Positions 62,852 through 64,000 of a stretch of DNA of 64,000 nucleotides are shown here, in pieces. The stretch is taken from IMG/VR virus record IMGVR_UViG_3300047274_000223. One strand, written 5' to 3'. A program made the position numbers and the translations under genes. The stretch's first letter is position 1; each line of letters opens with the position of its first letter. The stretch comes from a virus. Below the pieces are notes generated by a model. It was not told where the DNA came from. It saw only the letters and a program-made list of their open reading frames with translations, and did not search any database.

Positions 62852-63913
62852 ATGACGAAACAAGTGGAACTGACTAACCTGACTCAACGATTTGGTAAAA
62901 CTGTAAATGCTGCTCAACTTCGTGAGTATGCTAATGAGACTGGTGTGAGCTACCAAACTCTTACTAAGAAACTGCTCAACTATAAAACTGGACGTGGAGT
63001 GTGGACCTTGGAAGTGGAGAAACTGGAAGAATCTTTTGCTGCTCCTGCAGTTGATCCCGATCGGGAACTTCAGTCCTATGTTCCTGCTAAGGATGGCAAT
63101 TTTGTCCCGTTCGGTAACTTTGCAGATCTGAAGAAAGTTATTCAGTCGAAAGAGTTCTATCCTGTTTTCATCACTGGTCTGTCTGGTAACGGTAAGACTC
63201 ATTCTGTTGAACAGGCATGTGCTCAACTGAAACGTGAACTGATTCGTGTCAACATCACGATCGAGACTGACGAGGATGATCTGATCGGTGGTTTCCGTCT
63301 TGTGGATGGTTCTACCGTGTGGCACAACGGTCCTGTGGTGGAAGCACTTGAACGGGGTGCGGTGCTGCTGCTTGACGAGATCGATCTTGCTTCTAACAAA
63401 ATTCTCTGTCTGCAGTCTGTTCTGGAAGGTAATGGTGTGTTCCTGAAGAAGATTGGTCGTTATGTCCGTCCTGCTGCTGGTTTCACTGTGGTTGCTACTG
63501 CTAACACGAAGGGAAAAGGATCTGATGATGGACGATTCATTGGAACTAACGTCCTTAATGAAGCCTTCCTTGAACGATTCCCAATCACGTTTGAGCAAGA
63601 ATATCCCACTGAAAAGACTGAGATCAAGATTCTTTCTAACATCATGGGTGGTTCGGACGATGATTTTGCCGAGAAACTTGTTCGCTGGGCACAAGTAATC
63701 CGCAAGACCTTCTATGATGGTGGTGTTGATGAAGTGATCAGCACCCGTCGTTTGGTGCATATTGCCAAGGCATTTTCTATCTTCGGCAAACGTGATAAGG
63801 CAATCGAAGTGTGTGTCAACCGTTTCGATGCTGATACCAAGCAATCTTTCTTGGAACTCTATTCCAAGGTAGATGACAAGGTTGAAACTATTGACGAGCA
63901 AGCACCTTTCTGA
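62852..63913 (+). CDS. cobS: MoxR-family AAA+ ATPase, phage cobS-like
   Basis: Walker A GLSGNGKT, DEDDLIGGF, Walker B LLLDEID, ATANTKG, NEAFLERF, ISTRRL motifs. Confidence 0.93.
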   Translation: MTKQVELTNLTQRFGKTVNAAQLREYANETGVSYQTLTKKLLNYKTGRGVWTLEVEKLEESFAAPAVDPDRELQSYVPAKDGNFVPFGNFADLKKVIQSKEFYPVFITGLSGNGKTHSVEQACAQLKRELIRVNITIETDEDDLIGGFRLVDGSTVWHNGPVVEALERGAVLLLDEIDLASNKILCLQSVLEGNGVFLKKIGRYVRPAAGFTVVATANTKGKGSDDGRFIGTNVLNEAFLERFPITFEQEYPTEKTEIKILSNIMGGSDDDFAEKLVRWAQVIRKTFYDGGVDEVISTRRLVHIAKAFSIFGKRDKAIEVCVNRFDADTKQSFLELYSKVDDKVETIDEQAPF

Positions 63914-63922
63914 TATACTAAC

Positions 63923-63947
63923 GGGGAGGTTATCCCTCCCCTTCTTT
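63923..63947 (+). terminator. Probable intrinsic terminator after cobS
   Basis: ggggagg-ttatc-cctcccc followed by ttcttt. Confidence 0.75.
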
Positions 63948-63962
63948 ATGGAGAACTTAATT

Positions 63963-64000
63963 ATGCAATGGAAATACAATGAGGATAAGATCCTTAAAGA
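63963..64000 (+). CDS. 5' fragment of the next gene (MQWKYNEDKILK...), truncated by the window edge
   Basis: GGAG RBS near 63950; open to the end of the window. Confidence 0.65.
   Translation, partial: MQWKYNEDKILK

Noticed and set aside
60629-63979. Long minus-strand ORFs (318 aa, 391 aa and neighbours) opposite the vWA and cobS genes
   Set aside because: They are in codon register with the sense genes and arise because TTA/CTA/TCA are avoided; there are no recognisable motifs or RBS.
1-64000. Stop-codon reassignment
   Set aside because: Genes are intact in the standard code, and TAA, TGA (gp23) and TAG (uvsY, gp46) all end genes.
1-64000. Apparent abundance of GATC and CTAG and scarcity of CCGG/GCGC as a methylation or restriction signature
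   Set aside because: Impression only; it needs k-mer counts against a codon-preserving shuffle. CTAG is plausibly explained by CTA leucine codons.

Overview
This 64 kb window is part of a T4-like myovirus genome, very likely a cyanomyophage. That assignment rests on the gene order, the giant baseplate proteins, the cobS/vWA pair and a tRNA gene. All credible genes are on the + strand and use the standard code. From left to right: end of gp25, gp6, a 5446-aa gp7-like baseplate protein, a gp9-like fibre, an S8 protease and a 706-aa structural protein, gp8, a 2455-aa VrlC/DUF4815-like protein, a 1758-aa tail fibre, gp13-gp16, a small accessory cluster, gp17-gp23, gp3, uvsY, uvsW, gp55, gp47, gp46, tRNA-Ala(UGC), a metallopeptidase-vWA gene and a cobS-like MoxR ATPase. 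Structural genes are preceded by T4-type late promoters (NATAAATA); the replication-side genes have sigma70-type promoters. I saw no CRISPR array, integrase, intron, intein or homing endonuclease. The observations most worth following up are: (1) the -35 boxes of all three complete host-type promoters sit in inverted repeats, and the gp55 one also forms a near-consensus divergent antisense promoter; (2) the vWA/cobS module completely avoids AGA/AGG and almost completely avoids TTA/CTA/TCA codons; (3) a candidate gp21-cleaved internal-head polyprotein followed by an unannotated 35-aa Lys-rich peptide; (4) a fibre plus subtilase module inside the baseplate cluster; (5) a ~300-aa low-complexity extension of gp6. 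Family assignments come from motif recognition and synteny by eye; no searches were run.
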